62,792 nucleotides of DNA from Syntrophobacterales bacterium (lineage in GTDB: Bacteria; Desulfobacterota; Syntrophia; Syntrophales; UBA8958), in contig JAGPFL010000002.1 in the NCBI GenBank assembly GCA_018056545.1, positions 1 through 62,792 of the forward strand, read 5' to 3'. Each line of letters starts with the position of its first letter. The stretch's first letter is position 1. The position numbers and the translations under genes were made by a program. This document shows, one piece after another, positions 8,672 through 18,551 of the stretch. The notes below the pieces were generated by a model. That model ran no database searches and was not told the DNA's origin. It saw only the letters and a program-made list of their open reading frames with translations.

Positions 8672-10456
8672 ATGCCCGAGAAGCATCTGGCCCTGATGGT
8701 GGGCAAACTGGCAAAAAAATACGGGGGTCGGACCGCCCTGCGCTACCGTGAAAACGGTGTCTGGCAAGACATTTCCTGGCAGGAGGCGGACGCGCAGATC
8801 CGCGACGCCGCCAAGGGGCTCCTGGAGCTGGGTGTTCCCGAGGGAGGCATGGTGGGCATCTTCTCCCAGAACCGTCCGGAATGGACCCTCGCCGACTTCG
8901 CCATCCTGAGCATCCGCGGCGTCTCCGTCCCCGTCTATGCCACCAACACGGCAAAGCAGACCGAATATATCGTCAACGAAGCGGAGATTTCGGTGCTCTT
9001 CGTCGGCGGCGGCGAGCAGTACGCCAAGGCGGTGTCGTTGCTCGGCGTCTCCCCATATCTCAAGAAGATCGTCGTCTTCGACAAAACGATCCCCCTGGCC
9101 GGTAACGACCAGGCCATGTATTGGCAAGATCTCCTCGCCCTGGGACGCAAATCGACCCGGGAGCAGGAACTGGCGGCCCGGTTGAAACGGGCGGACATGA
9201 ACGATCTGGCCACCCTCATCTACACCTCCGGGACCACCGGGGAGCCCAAGGGCGTCATGCTCCACCACTCCAATTTCTATTTTTCCTTTCAGGCCCATGA
9301 AAAACGCCTCTCCGTAAGCGATCAGGACATCTCCATGTGTTTTCTGCCCTTGAGCCATGTCTTCGAGCGGGCCTGGACCTATTTCGCCCTGGGCAACGGC
9401 ATGGTGGTCAACTACTGCGACGATACGGGCAAGATCGTGGAATATCTCCAGGAGGTGAAGCCGACGATCATGTGCGCCGTGCCGCGCTTCTATGAAAAGA
9501 TCTACGGGGCGATCTTCGAAAAGCTCGAAAAGGCGCCGCCCTCCAAGAAACGACTCTTTATGTGGGCCGTGGAGCTGGGAGACCGGGTTTACCGCCGCGT
9601 CAAGGAAAAGCAGCCCCTACCCTGGGATCTTAGGCTCAAACACCGCATCGCCGAGAAGCTGGTGCTGCTCAAGCTCCGCGACATCGTCGGCGGCAGGATC
9701 CGGTTTTTCCCCTGCGCCGGCGCCCCCCTCTCCAAACACATCGAGGAATTCTTCCATGCCGTGGGCATCCCGATCAAATACGGCTACGGCCTCACGGAAA
9801 CCACGGCTACGGTCACCTGCCATGAGGAGTACCATTACCGGCCCGGCACGGTGGGCAAGCCGATCTACGGGGTGGATGTCAAAATCGCCCCCAACGGCGA
9901 GATCCTCGTCCGGGGGGAAACGGTCATGAAGGGCTACTACAAGAAACCGGAAGCGACCGCAGAGGTATTTGAAGATCACTGGTTCAAGACGGGGGACGTG
10001 GGCGTCCTGGAAGACGGCTACCTGACCATCACCGACCGGATCAAGGACCTGATGAAGACCTCCGGGGGCAAGTATATCGCCCCCCAGCTCATCGAAACCA
10101 CCATCGGCAAGGATCATTTCATCGAACAGATCTCCATCATCGGCGACGAGCGCAAATATGTCTCCGCCCTGATCGTTCCGGCCTTCGACGCCCTGGAGGA
10201 TTATGCGAAAAGCCGGAATATCCCCTACAACTCCCGGGAGGATCTCATCGGGCATCCCGAGATCGTCCAGTTCTATCAGGAGCGGATCGAACAGAATCAG
10301 CGGGAGCTGGCGGGATTCGAAAAAGTGAAGAAGTTCCGCCTCCTCGCCAAGGCCTTCACCCAGGAGGACGGCGAGATGACGCCGACGATGAAGCTCAAGC
10401 GCAAGGTCATAAACGAAAAGTACCGGGATATCATCGACGGTATGTATGGGGAATAG
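8672..10456 (+). CDS. long-chain fatty acid-CoA ligase (AMP-forming)
   Basis: 594 aa. AMP-binding motif YTSGTTGEPKGV, plus GYGLTET and the C-terminal TITDRIKDLMKTSGGKYIAPQ. Confidence 0.85.
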   Translation: MPEKHLALMVGKLAKKYGGRTALRYRENGVWQDISWQEADAQIRDAAKGLLELGVPEGGMVGIFSQNRPEWTLADFAILSIRGVSVPVYATNTAKQTEYIVNEAEISVLFVGGGEQYAKAVSLLGVSPYLKKIVVFDKTIPLAGNDQAMYWQDLLALGRKSTREQELAARLKRADMNDLATLIYTSGTTGEPKGVMLHHSNFYFSFQAHEKRLSVSDQDISMCFLPLSHVFERAWTYFALGNGMVVNYCDDTGKIVEYLQEVKPTIMCAVPRFYEKIYGAIFEKLEKAPPSKKRLFMWAVELGDRVYRRVKEKQPLPWDLRLKHRIAEKLVLLKLRDIVGGRIRFFPCAGAPLSKHIEEFFHAVGIPIKYGYGLTETTATVTCHEEYHYRPGTVGKPIYGVDVKIAPNGEILVRGETVMKGYYKKPEATAEVFEDHWFKTGDVGVLEDGYLTITDRIKDLMKTSGGKYIAPQLIETTIGKDHFIEQISIIGDERKYVSALIVPAFDALEDYAKSRNIPYNSREDLIGHPEIVQFYQERIEQNQRELAGFEKVKKFRLLAKAFTQEDGEMTPTMKLKRKVINEKYRDIIDGMYGE

Positions 10457-10523
10457 TTCGCCTCATAAAAGTCGAAGGAGGGGACGCATTCCCCCCTCCA
10501 CGTCCGAAGGACGGCGATATCGT

Positions 10524-11192
10524 TTATGAAATTACGGCCTCGCCGTCGCAAATCATGACGTTCTTTATTGCCCGGACGTAGATGGCCTTGGCCTTGTCTG
10601 CCAGCACCTCGAGACGGTCGATGTCGAAACCGGCTTTCCGAACGAGACTTTCCAGTTGTGGCGGAGAATAATTGTTCAAGCCCCCCGGCGGCGGCGGGCC
10701 GAACTTTTCCAGGTATCTCTTGCTGATTTCTATCTTTTCCAGGATATCAACACCGTAATCCGTGTAGGCCACGGCAATCAGCACCCCACCGTATTTCAGG
10801 ACACGGTAGGCCTCCCGCAGGGCCTGGAGCGGCCGGGAAACGGTATTGAGCAGGTTGGCCATCAAAACGGTGTCGAAGGTCGTGGGGGGGAAGGTGCGAC
10901 CCTCGCAATCCATCTGAAGGAACGAGATGCCGGAAAGGCCTTTCAGGCGTTCCCGGGCCGCCGCCAGCATCTCTCCGGAAAGATCGGTAGCCAAGATGCT
11001 CGGCGCCCGTCCGGCAAGGGCACGGGTGAAAAAACCCGTGCCGCAGCCGCACTCGAGGACGTGTCCCGGTTCCCTTTCCGCCGCCACCATCCGGAACAGG
11101 GCGCGACGGAGGGCCCTGCCCACGACATAATCCGTATCGTGGTCATAAGTGCGGGCAAAACGGCCCCAATAGGTATCTTCGTTTTCCGTCAT
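10524..11192 (-). CDS. class I SAM-dependent methyltransferase
   Basis: 222 aa. Motif I is VLECGCGTGFFT, with a downstream acidic residue (ATDLS). Confidence 0.8.
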   Translation of the reverse strand: MTENEDTYWGRFARTYDHDTDYVVGRALRRALFRMVAAEREPGHVLECGCGTGFFTRALAGRAPSILATDLSGEMLAAARERLKGLSGISFLQMDCEGRTFPPTTFDTVLMANLLNTVSRPLQALREAYRVLKYGGVLIAVAYTDYGVDILEKIEISKRYLEKFGPPPPGGLNNYSPPQLESLVRKAGFDIDRLEVLADKAKAIYVRAIKNVMICDGEAVIS

Positions 11193-11335
11193 TCATCATC
11201 CCTCACCCGTTCGTGATGCCGGATAATATCTTATCCACAAAAAAAGCGCTCATCGTCAACAGGAAAAACGCCTTCGCAAATAACGTTTGCCAGATCGGGG
11301 CGGGTGGAGTATAGAAGTCGGAAAAGGAGGGTGTC

Positions 11336-11989
11336 ATGCAGAGGCGAATATCCTTGCTCGGTTCAATTTTGCTGGTTCTTTTCTTTTTACCCGAACCCGC
11401 CCTTGCCCAGGAATTCAAGATCATCCCCCTGGTCAAGCCCCAGATGGACAGCGGCCGGCTGCTCATGCATGTCCTGAAGGATCGCAAATCCTCCCGGGAA
11501 TTCAGCAATCGCAAGCTGCCGATCCGGGTAATCTCCAACCTGCTGTGGAGTGCCGCCGGCATCAACCGGCCCGAGTCGGGGAAACGCACTGCGCCCTCGG
11601 CCAGAAACTGGCAGGAGATCGACATCTATGTGGCCACCGCCAAAGGACTTTATCTTTACGATCCCCGAAAACACCAGTTGCAGCCCGTGCTCGCCCAGGA
11701 CATCCGCGCCCTGACGGGTTCCCAGGCCTATGTCCGGGAGGCGCCTCTCAACTTGATCTACGTGGCGGATTACAACCGGATGGAAAACGCCTCCAGCGAG
11801 GTGAAGGATCTTTACTCGGCGGTGGATGCGGGCTTCATCGGCCAGAACGTATATCTTTACTGCGCCTCCGAAGGACTGGCCACCGTGGCCCGGGGAACGG
11901 TGGATCGGACGGCCCTCGCCCAGGCCATGAAACTCAAACCGGAGCAGCGGATCATTTTCGCCCAGTCGGTAGGCTACCCCAAGAAATGA
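11336..11989 (+). CDS. nitroreductase-family (SagB-type dehydrogenase-like) protein with signal peptide
   Basis: 217 aa. N-terminal signal peptide LLVLFFLPEPALAQE. Nitroreductase-like motifs include RKSSREF, LLWSAAGINR and VARGTVD. Confidence 0.65.
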   Translation: MQRRISLLGSILLVLFFLPEPALAQEFKIIPLVKPQMDSGRLLMHVLKDRKSSREFSNRKLPIRVISNLLWSAAGINRPESGKRTAPSARNWQEIDIYVATAKGLYLYDPRKHQLQPVLAQDIRALTGSQAYVREAPLNLIYVADYNRMENASSEVKDLYSAVDAGFIGQNVYLYCASEGLATVARGTVDRTALAQAMKLKPEQRIIFAQSVGYPKK

Positions 11990-12010
11990 TGAACTCGTAA
12001 AAAGTCATCG

Positions 12011-12144
12011 TTTGGACGACGAAGTAAAAAAGCTCCAGAGGCAAGGCGCGCAAATCCTGAGGAATGAGGCGTACTTGGACGTACGTCGCAGTGACGAAGG
12101 ATGAAGCGCAACGCCGCATATGGGCTTTTTACGATGTCGTCAAG
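12011..12144. repeat. REP/MITE-like palindromic intergenic element
   Basis: Imperfect terminal inverted repeats TTGGACGACGAAGTAAAAAAGC (12011-12032) and GCTTTTTACGATGTCGTCAAG (12124-12144). They flank ~90 nt containing the palindrome GACGTACGTC. No convincing ORF. Confidence 0.35.
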
Positions 12145-12236
12145 AAATAATCAACGCCCGGAGGGCGAACCGCCCACTCCCCGAATTGCAGGCCCGGCAG
12201 GAAACATCTGCCACATTGTGTTTGTGGGGGATCCCG

Positions 12237-12620
12237 ATGCCATATCCATTTCTCGCAGATACTGTGGTCATTATTCATCTGCTCTTCATCCTGTTCGTCA
12301 TTGCCGGCGGAGGACTGGTACTCTGGCGGCGGATCTGGGCCCGGCTTCACGTCCCGGCCGTCCTCTGGGGCGCCCTGGTGGAGCTCAACGGCTGGGTATG
12401 CCCCCTCACCCCCCTGGAGAACTGGTTGCGCCGCCGTGGCGGCAGCCCGGTCTATCACTCGGACTTCGTGGAAAGGTACGTCGTGGGTCTGATCTACCCC
12501 ACGCACATCACCCGTCGGGAACAGATAATGCTCGGGTTGGCGGTTCTCCTGATTAACGGCGGCGTCTATGGCTGGCTGATCATCCGAGGAAGGAGACTCG
12601 GAAAGAAAACGGTGGGTTGA
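12237..12620 (+). CDS. DUF2784-like small membrane protein
   Basis: 127 aa from the ATG at 12237. It has four hydrophobic segments and a conserved-looking NGWVCPLTPLENWLR motif. The ORF-track start at 12120 lies inside the repeat element. Confidence 0.55.
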   Translation: MPYPFLADTVVIIHLLFILFVIAGGGLVLWRRIWARLHVPAVLWGALVELNGWVCPLTPLENWLRRRGGSPVYHSDFVERYVVGLIYPTHITRREQIMLGLAVLLINGGVYGWLIIRGRRLGKKTVG

Positions 12621-12639
12621 GCAGGGGGAAAGACAAAAA

Positions 12640-12684
12640 GAAAAGGGAAAAGGAGTCTGTTTTTAGTGCCCCTTTTCCCTTTTC
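12640..12684. terminator. hairpin terminator between convergent genes
   Basis: GAAAAGGGAAAAGG (12640-12653) pairs with CCTTTTCCCTTTTC (12671-12684), a 14-bp stem. On the minus strand it is followed by TTTTTGTCTTT (downstream of atpE copy 1). Confidence 0.6.
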
Positions 12685-12711
12685 GATAATTACGGAATAT
12701 GCAGGTGTCGA

Positions 12712-13086
12712 TCAACCGCCAATGCCGGCAAACTTGAGCAGCGGATTGGCATACAGAATGACGAGGGAAACGACCAATGCGTAGATGGCTACGGATTCGG
12801 TCATGGCCATACCGACCATCATGGTAAGCATGATTTTACCCTGGGCTTCGGGATTTCTACCTACGGCATTGTTGGCCCCGCTGGTTGCCTGCCCGAGACC
12901 GAGTCCCGCACCGACCGCGCCGATACCCATGGCCAGTCCGGCCGCCAGCACGCTGCAACCCAGAATGATCGCCTTGGTGTAATCAACGGCCCCACCCGGC
13001 GCCGCCGCTTCGGCCGCCATCGCGAAAGGAGCAACCATCAACGCCAATACCAAGCCCAGAATGCCTCTTACCAAACCTTTTTTCAT
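12712..13086 (-). CDS. atpE: F0F1 ATP synthase subunit c (copy 1) with N-terminal signal-like extension
   Basis: 124 aa. It has the c-subunit hairpin ([11 protein letters not shown]...GRNPEAQG...[23 protein letters not shown]). This is preceded by [38 protein letters not shown]. Confidence 0.85.
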   Translation of the reverse strand: MKKGLVRGILGLVLALMVAPFAMAAEAAAPGGAVDYTKAIILGCSVLAAGLAMGIGAVGAGLGLGQATSGANNAVGRNPEAQGKIMLTMMVGMAMTESVAIYALVVSLVILYANPLLKFAGIGG

Positions 13087-13335
13087 CTCTTTCCTCCTTT
13101 AATTTGATTTTTGATCTCCTAAATCCAAAACGAAAGGCAATTTGTCTCTCTGCGACGCTTCTCCCTCACCCCCTTCCGTGATCTTCCGGCAACCTCCGCC
13201 GCCAGTATAACATTAACGTGGCTCTCATATAAGAGCGGCGATGAGATGTCAAGAAATATTTGGCGATCTATGTATCAATTGTGTTATAGACGACCTCCGC
13301 ATGGCAAGCTGCGCAAATCCGCCGGGAAAGGATGT

Positions 13336-13800
13336 ATGTTTTCAGCCAGGGAAAGACAAGTCGCCCGCCTCCTCCAGGGGGACATCCCGCTGGTCAGCCG
13401 GCCGTTCCAGGAAATAGGCGCGGCCACAGGGCATACGGAACAGGAGATCCTGACCATGATCTCCTCCTTTCTGCAACGGGGCAAAATGCGCAAATTCGGC
13501 GCCGTCATACGCCATCAGCGGGTGGGATACACCCACAACGCCATGATCGCCTGGGCGGCACCGCCGGAACGGATCGCGGCGGCGGGTAAGATCCTGGCCG
13601 CCGGGAAGGAAGTGACGCACTGCTATGAGCGGACCCCTCCCTTCCTCGGGAGATACAACCTCTTCTCCATGGTCCACGGCAAAGGGGAAGATCTTGACTC
13701 CCTGATCGCCCGGCTGGCCGCCGAAACGGGAATAGAGGACTACCTGGTCCTGAAAAGCGAGGAGGAACTGAAAAAAAGTTCTATGGAGTACTTCACATGA
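13336..13800 (+). CDS. siroheme decarboxylase subunit (AhbA/AhbB; NirD/G/H/L family, Lrp/AsnC-like)
   Basis: 154 aa from the ATG at 13336, reading LLQGDIPLVSRPFQEIG...RKFGAVIRHQRVGYTHNAM...VTHCYER. It is translationally coupled (ATGA) to hemL. Confidence 0.7.
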   Translation: MFSARERQVARLLQGDIPLVSRPFQEIGAATGHTEQEILTMISSFLQRGKMRKFGAVIRHQRVGYTHNAMIAWAAPPERIAAAGKILAAGKEVTHCYERTPPFLGRYNLFSMVHGKGEDLDSLIARLAAETGIEDYLVLKSEEELKKSSMEYFT

Positions 13801-15080
13801 ACGAGCGATCGCAAGCATGGTTTGCCCGGGCGGAAAGAGCCATCCCCGGTGGGGTGAACAGCCCGGTCCGGGCCTTCCGGGCGGTGGGCGGCAACCCCCT
13901 GTTCATCGGTGCCGGCCGCGGCGCCCGGATCACCGATGTGGACGGCAGGGATTACATCGACTATGTCCTTTCCTGGGGGCCATTGATTCTCGGCCATGCA
14001 CACCCGGTCGTCCTGGAAGCCATCAGGGATCAGGCAGGAAAAGGGACCGGCTACGGGGCACCCACGCCCCTGGAGGTGGAGCTTGCCGAGTTGATCCTCG
14101 AGGGCTTTCCCGACATGGAGATGGTCCGGATGACGAGTTCGGGAACGGAGGCGGTGATGACGGCGCTCCGTTTGGCCCGGGCCTTCACCGGCCGGGACAG
14201 GATCATCAAGTTCACGGGGTGTTATCACGGGCACACCGATTCCATGCTCGTGAAGGCGGGCTCCGGGGTGGCCACCCTGGGCATTCCCGGCAGTCCCGGG
14301 GTGCCCGAAGGGCTGGCGGAACTCACCATGACCCTCCCGTACAACGATCCCGGCAGCGTGACCGCCGCCTTTGCCAAGCACGGCGCGGAAATCGCCGCCG
14401 TGATCGTGGAACCCGTGGCGGGCAACATGGGCGTCGTTCCTCCCCGGCCGGGATTTCTCCGACAGTTGCGGGAGCTGACTACCGCCGCGGGCAGCCTGCT
14501 GATTTTCGATGAGGTCATCACGGGCTTCCGCCTCGCCTGGGGAGGATATCAGGGAATGATCGGAATCGCCCCGGATCTGACCTGCCTAGGCAAGATCATC
14601 GGTGGCGGTCTCCCCGTGGGCGCCGTGGCGGGAAAGCGGGCCATTATGGAAAACCTCGCACCTTTGGGACCGGTTTACCAGGCCGGCACCCTCTCGGGAA
14701 ATCCCTTGGCCATGGCCGCCGGTCTGGCCACCCTGATGCTACTTCGGGAGAGCATGGGCGCCTACGAGGTGCTGGACAGAAATGCCTTCAGCCTCTGCGC
14801 GGAGATGAAAGAGCTTTTCGACCGGCGGGGGATCCCCACAACCATCAACCGGGTGGGCTCCATGTTCACCGTCTTCTTCACCCCCGGGCCCGTCCATGAC
14901 TGGATCACGGCCGGCAGCGCCGATACGGAGCTCTTCGGGCGTTTCTTCCAGGGGATGCTGCGGGAGGGGATCAATCCGCCTCCCTCGCAGTTCGAGGCCT
15001 GGTTCTTTTCCCTGGCCCACGGCCTCGAAGAAATGGAAAAGACCCTGGAGGCCTGCATCCGGACCCTGGAGACATGGTAA
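13797..15080 (+). CDS. hemL: glutamate-1-semialdehyde 2,1-aminomutase
   Basis: 427 aa with IPGGVNSPVRAF, SGTEA, LIFDEVITGFR and LGKIIGGG (PLP lysine). Confidence 0.92.
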   Translation: MNERSQAWFARAERAIPGGVNSPVRAFRAVGGNPLFIGAGRGARITDVDGRDYIDYVLSWGPLILGHAHPVVLEAIRDQAGKGTGYGAPTPLEVELAELILEGFPDMEMVRMTSSGTEAVMTALRLARAFTGRDRIIKFTGCYHGHTDSMLVKAGSGVATLGIPGSPGVPEGLAELTMTLPYNDPGSVTAAFAKHGAEIAAVIVEPVAGNMGVVPPRPGFLRQLRELTTAAGSLLIFDEVITGFRLAWGGYQGMIGIAPDLTCLGKIIGGGLPVGAVAGKRAIMENLAPLGPVYQAGTLSGNPLAMAAGLATLMLLRESMGAYEVLDRNAFSLCAEMKELFDRRGIPTTINRVGSMFTVFFTPGPVHDWITAGSADTELFGRFFQGMLREGINPPPSQFEAWFFSLAHGLEEMEKTLEACIRTLETW

Positions 15081-15109
15081 ACAACCCCTCAAACGACCAA
15101 AGGATAATT

Positions 15110-16435
15110 ATGGCCACCATCAGAAGACCCAAGCTCAAACACTTCATCGACCGAAAGGAGGGCATCGCCGTGGTGGGCCTGGGCTATGTGGGTCTGCCTT
15201 TGGCCGTGGGTCTGGCCCGGCATTTCTCCGTAACCGGCTTCGATGTTCAGGAGTCCCGGATTCGGGAGCTCAAGCAGGGCATCGACCGGACCATGGAGGT
15301 GAGCTTGGAACAGCTCAAGGCGGCGGGGGTCCGCTTCACGAGCGATGAGGCACTGCTGGCGTCATGCCGGTTGATCATCGTGGCCGTGCCCACCCCCATC
15401 GATGTTTCCCGGCGTCCCGATCTGGCCGCCCTGAAAAATGCCTCCGCCCTGGTGGGCAGGCATCTGGCCCGGGGCGCCTGCGTGGTCTATGAATCCACCG
15501 TCTATCCCGGTGTCACGGAGGAGGTCTGTCTGCCCATCCTGGAAGCGGAGTCGGGACTGCGCCTGGGACGGGATTTCTCCCTCGGCTATTCCCCGGAGCG
15601 GATCAATCCCGGCGACAAGGTCCACACCCTGGAGAACATCGTCAAGATCGTTTCCGGCTCCGACGGCGACACGGTGGAACTCCTGGCGGGAATCTACGGG
15701 AAGGTGGTCCGGGCGGGGATCTACCGTGCCTCGTCCATCCGGGTGGCGGAAGCGGCCAAGGTCATCGAAAACACCCAGCGGGACATCAACATCGCCCTTA
15801 TGAACGAGCTTTCCATCATCTTCCAGCTCCTGGGGATAGACACGGGCGAGGTGCTGGCGGCAGCGGAAACGAAATGGAATTTCCTCCCCTTCCGGCCCGG
15901 ACTGGTGGGCGGCCACTGCATCGGCGTGGACCCGTATTATCTGACCTTCAAGGCGGAAAGCCTCGGCTACCATCCGGAGATGATCCTGGCGGGCCGCCGG
16001 ATCAACGACGGCATGGGTAAATACATCGCCGCCCATACCGTCAAGATGCTCATCGCCGCCGACAAACCGGTGCGCAAGGCCCGGGTGGCGGTGCTGGGCC
16101 TGACCTTCAAGGAAAACATTCCCGATATCCGCAATACCAGGGTCGTGGACATCATCGAAGAACTGAGGGGATACGGAATCGAGGTTTTTACACATGATCC
16201 CCACGCCGACACCACGGAAGTCTTCTCCCACTATCGCCTGGAGCTGACCCCGCTGAAGGAGATAACGGATATGGACGCCGTGATCGTCGCCGTGGCCCAC
16301 GAGGAATACCGGCAGTTGGGTCTGGCGGACATCGCCGGCCGATGCCGGAACGGGAAGCCGGTGGTGGCGGACGTCAAAGGACTGTTTTCCGCCGCAGAGG
16401 CGGAGCGGTTGGACATCCGTTACTGGAGTCTTTGA
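15110..16435 (+). CDS. nucleotide-sugar dehydrogenase (UDP-glucose/GDP-mannose dehydrogenase family, TviB/WbpA-like)
   Basis: Rossmann motif IAVVGLGYVGLPLA and the catalytic GGHCIGVDPYY. The start could be 15074 (overlapping the hemL stop) or the ATG at 15110. Confidence 0.85.
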   Translation: MATIRRPKLKHFIDRKEGIAVVGLGYVGLPLAVGLARHFSVTGFDVQESRIRELKQGIDRTMEVSLEQLKAAGVRFTSDEALLASCRLIIVAVPTPIDVSRRPDLAALKNASALVGRHLARGACVVYESTVYPGVTEEVCLPILEAESGLRLGRDFSLGYSPERINPGDKVHTLENIVKIVSGSDGDTVELLAGIYGKVVRAGIYRASSIRVAEAAKVIENTQRDINIALMNELSIIFQLLGIDTGEVLAAAETKWNFLPFRPGLVGGHCIGVDPYYLTFKAESLGYHPEMILAGRRINDGMGKYIAAHTVKMLIAADKPVRKARVAVLGLTFKENIPDIRNTRVVDIIEELRGYGIEVFTHDPHADTTEVFSHYRLELTPLKEITDMDAVIVAVAHEEYRQLGLADIAGRCRNGKPVVADVKGLFSAAEAERLDIRYWSL

Positions 16436-16436
16436 A

Positions 16437-17453
16437 ATGGACAAGATACTCGTCACCGGCGCTGCGGGCTTCATCGGCTTCCATCTTTCCCGGCGGCTGC
16501 TGTCCGCCGGGCGGACGGTGATCGGCATCGACAACCTCAATGCCTATTACGAAGTTCGGCTGAAGGAAGACCGGCTGGGAATCCTGGCTAAGGAGAGGGG
16601 ATTCCGGTTCACCCGCCTCGACATCGCCGATCGTGGAGCCATGACGGACCTGTTCTTACGGGAAAAACCGCCGCTGGTAGTCCATTTGGCCGCCCAGGCC
16701 GGCGTGCGCTACTCCCTGACCAATCCCTACGCCTATCTCGACAGCAACCTTACCGGATTCCTGAACATCCTGGAATGCTGCCGCCACCACGGCGTCTCCC
16801 ATCTCGTCTTCGCCTCCTCCAGTTCCGTTTACGGCGGCAACACCAAGATGCCCTTCTCCGTTCACGACAACGTCGATCATCCCGTGAGTCTCTATGCCGC
16901 CACGAAAAAAGCCAACGAACTCATGGCCCATGCTTATGCGGTTCTCTACGGGATCCCCTGCACGGGACTCCGCTTTTTCACCGTTTACGGCCCCTGGGGA
17001 CGTCCCGACATGGCGCTGTTTCTTTTCACCCGGGCCATCCTGGCCGGCGAGCCCATCGACGTCTACAACGAGGGGAAAATGGAGCGGGACTTCACCTATA
17101 TCGACGACATCGTCGAAGGGATCATCCGGGTCACGGCGCGTCCCCCCACGCCCGATCCGGCTTGGAACGGCACCTGTCCCGATCCGGCGGGAAGTTTCGC
17201 CCCTTATAGAATCTACAATATCGGTAATTCGCAGCCCGTGGCCCTGCTGGACTTCATCGCCGCCCTGGAAAGACATCTGGGCCGAAAGGCGATCATGCGG
17301 CTCCTGCCCCTCCAGCCCGGGGACGTGCCGGCGACCTATGCCGATGTCGCGGACCTGGCGGCGGCGGTGGGTTTCCAGCCCGCCACCACCATCGAGGAGG
17401 GTATCGGGCGCTTCGTCGCCTGGTACAGGGAATACTATCTCCAGGAACGATAA
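16437..17453 (+). CDS. NAD-dependent sugar-nucleotide epimerase (UDP-glucuronate 4-epimerase / TviC-like)
   Basis: 338 aa with VTGAAGFIGFHL and the YAATKKANE (YxxxK) catalytic motif. Confidence 0.85.
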   Translation: MDKILVTGAAGFIGFHLSRRLLSAGRTVIGIDNLNAYYEVRLKEDRLGILAKERGFRFTRLDIADRGAMTDLFLREKPPLVVHLAAQAGVRYSLTNPYAYLDSNLTGFLNILECCRHHGVSHLVFASSSSVYGGNTKMPFSVHDNVDHPVSLYAATKKANELMAHAYAVLYGIPCTGLRFFTVYGPWGRPDMALFLFTRAILAGEPIDVYNEGKMERDFTYIDDIVEGIIRVTARPPTPDPAWNGTCPDPAGSFAPYRIYNIGNSQPVALLDFIAALERHLGRKAIMRLLPLQPGDVPATYADVADLAAAVGFQPATTIEEGIGRFVAWYREYYLQER

Positions 17454-17500
17454 ACCTGAAGTAATGATCATTCAGTAACAAAGGAGGCAATTTTATTTTC

Positions 17501-18529
17501 ATGAAAAAGGCATTCATCACCGGCATCACCGGTCAGGACGGATCCTACCTGGCCGAATTTCTCCTCGGCAAGGGATACGAGATCCACGGGCTGATCCGTC
17601 GGGCCAGCACCTTCAATACGGACCGTATCGATCATCTCTATCGGGATTTCCACGATCCGGACGCCCGGGTTTATCTCCATTACGGCGACCTCGCCGTCTC
17701 CGGACAACTGACGGACCTCCTCCACGACATCAAACCCGACGAGATCTACCACCTGGGCGCCCAGAGTCATGTCCGGGTGAGTTTCGACATGGCGGAATAC
17801 ACCGGCGACGTCACCGGTCTTGGCACCCTGCGGCTCCTGGAGGCCATACGCAAATCCGGAATCAAAGCCCGGTTCTATCAGGCCTCCTCCAGCGAGATGT
17901 TCGGCGCCGCCCCGCCGCCCCAGAGCGAGGCCACCCCTTTCCAGCCCCAGAGCCCCTATGCCGCCGCCAAGGTCTACGCCTATTACATCGTCAGGAACTA
18001 CCGGGAGGCCTACAGGATCTTCGCCGCCAACGGCATCCTCTTCAACCACGAATCGCCGCGACGGGGGGAAACCTTCGTCACCAGGAAGATCACCCGGGCC
18101 GCCACGCGGATCAAACTCGGCCTCCAGGACAAACTCTACCTCGGCAACCTGGAAGCCAAGCGGGACTGGGGGTTTGCCGGCGACTACGTGGAGGCCATGT
18201 GGCTCATGCTCCAGCAGGAACGACCGGACGACTATGTCATCGCCACCGGGGAAACACACTCGGTGCGGGAATTCGCCCGGCGGGTCTTTGCCAAACTCGA
18301 TCTGGACTATGAAAAATACGTGGCCGTCGACCGGCGCTATTTTCGGCCCACCGAGGTGGATGTCCTCCTGGGGGACGCCGCCAAGGCGCGGCGGCAGCTC
18401 GGCTGGCAGCCCCGGGTGACCTTCGAGGGCCTGATCGACATGATGATCGCCGCCGACATGGAAAGTGCGGAGAAGGAGAGAACCCTGTGCAACGCCGGTT
18501 ATACGACGGCCAACCATCACGCCCTTTGA
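17501..18529 (+). CDS. gmd: GDP-mannose 4,6-dehydratase
   Basis: 342 aa with [24 protein letters not shown] and YAAAKVYAY. Confidence 0.92.
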   Translation: MKKAFITGITGQDGSYLAEFLLGKGYEIHGLIRRASTFNTDRIDHLYRDFHDPDARVYLHYGDLAVSGQLTDLLHDIKPDEIYHLGAQSHVRVSFDMAEYTGDVTGLGTLRLLEAIRKSGIKARFYQASSSEMFGAAPPPQSEATPFQPQSPYAAAKVYAYYIVRNYREAYRIFAANGILFNHESPRRGETFVTRKITRAATRIKLGLQDKLYLGNLEAKRDWGFAGDYVEAMWLMLQQERPDDYVIATGETHSVREFARRVFAKLDLDYEKYVAVDRRYFRPTEVDVLLGDAAKARRQLGWQPRVTFEGLIDMMIAADMESAEKERTLCNAGYTTANHHAL

Positions 18530-18551
18530 GGAGGGGGAAGGCGGAGCGACC

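Noticed and set aside
12712-13086. Calling the c subunits Na+-specific from the E-S-x-x-I-Y motif (also copy 2 at 44774-45151).
   Set aside because: I aligned them on the conserved Arg-x-Pro loop and on the Glu 20 residues later. The helix-1 position equivalent to Gln32 of the Ilyobacter Na+ c-ring is then hydrophobic (Leu or Ile) in both copies. The Thr after Ser is Val. No ion specificity can be claimed from sequence.
13087-13245. Sigma-54 promoter upstream of atpE copy 1, by analogy with copy 2.
   Set aside because: No GG-N10-GC element is present on the minus strand. Only a sigma-70-like TTGACA-N15-TATATG (about 13226-13252) is visible.
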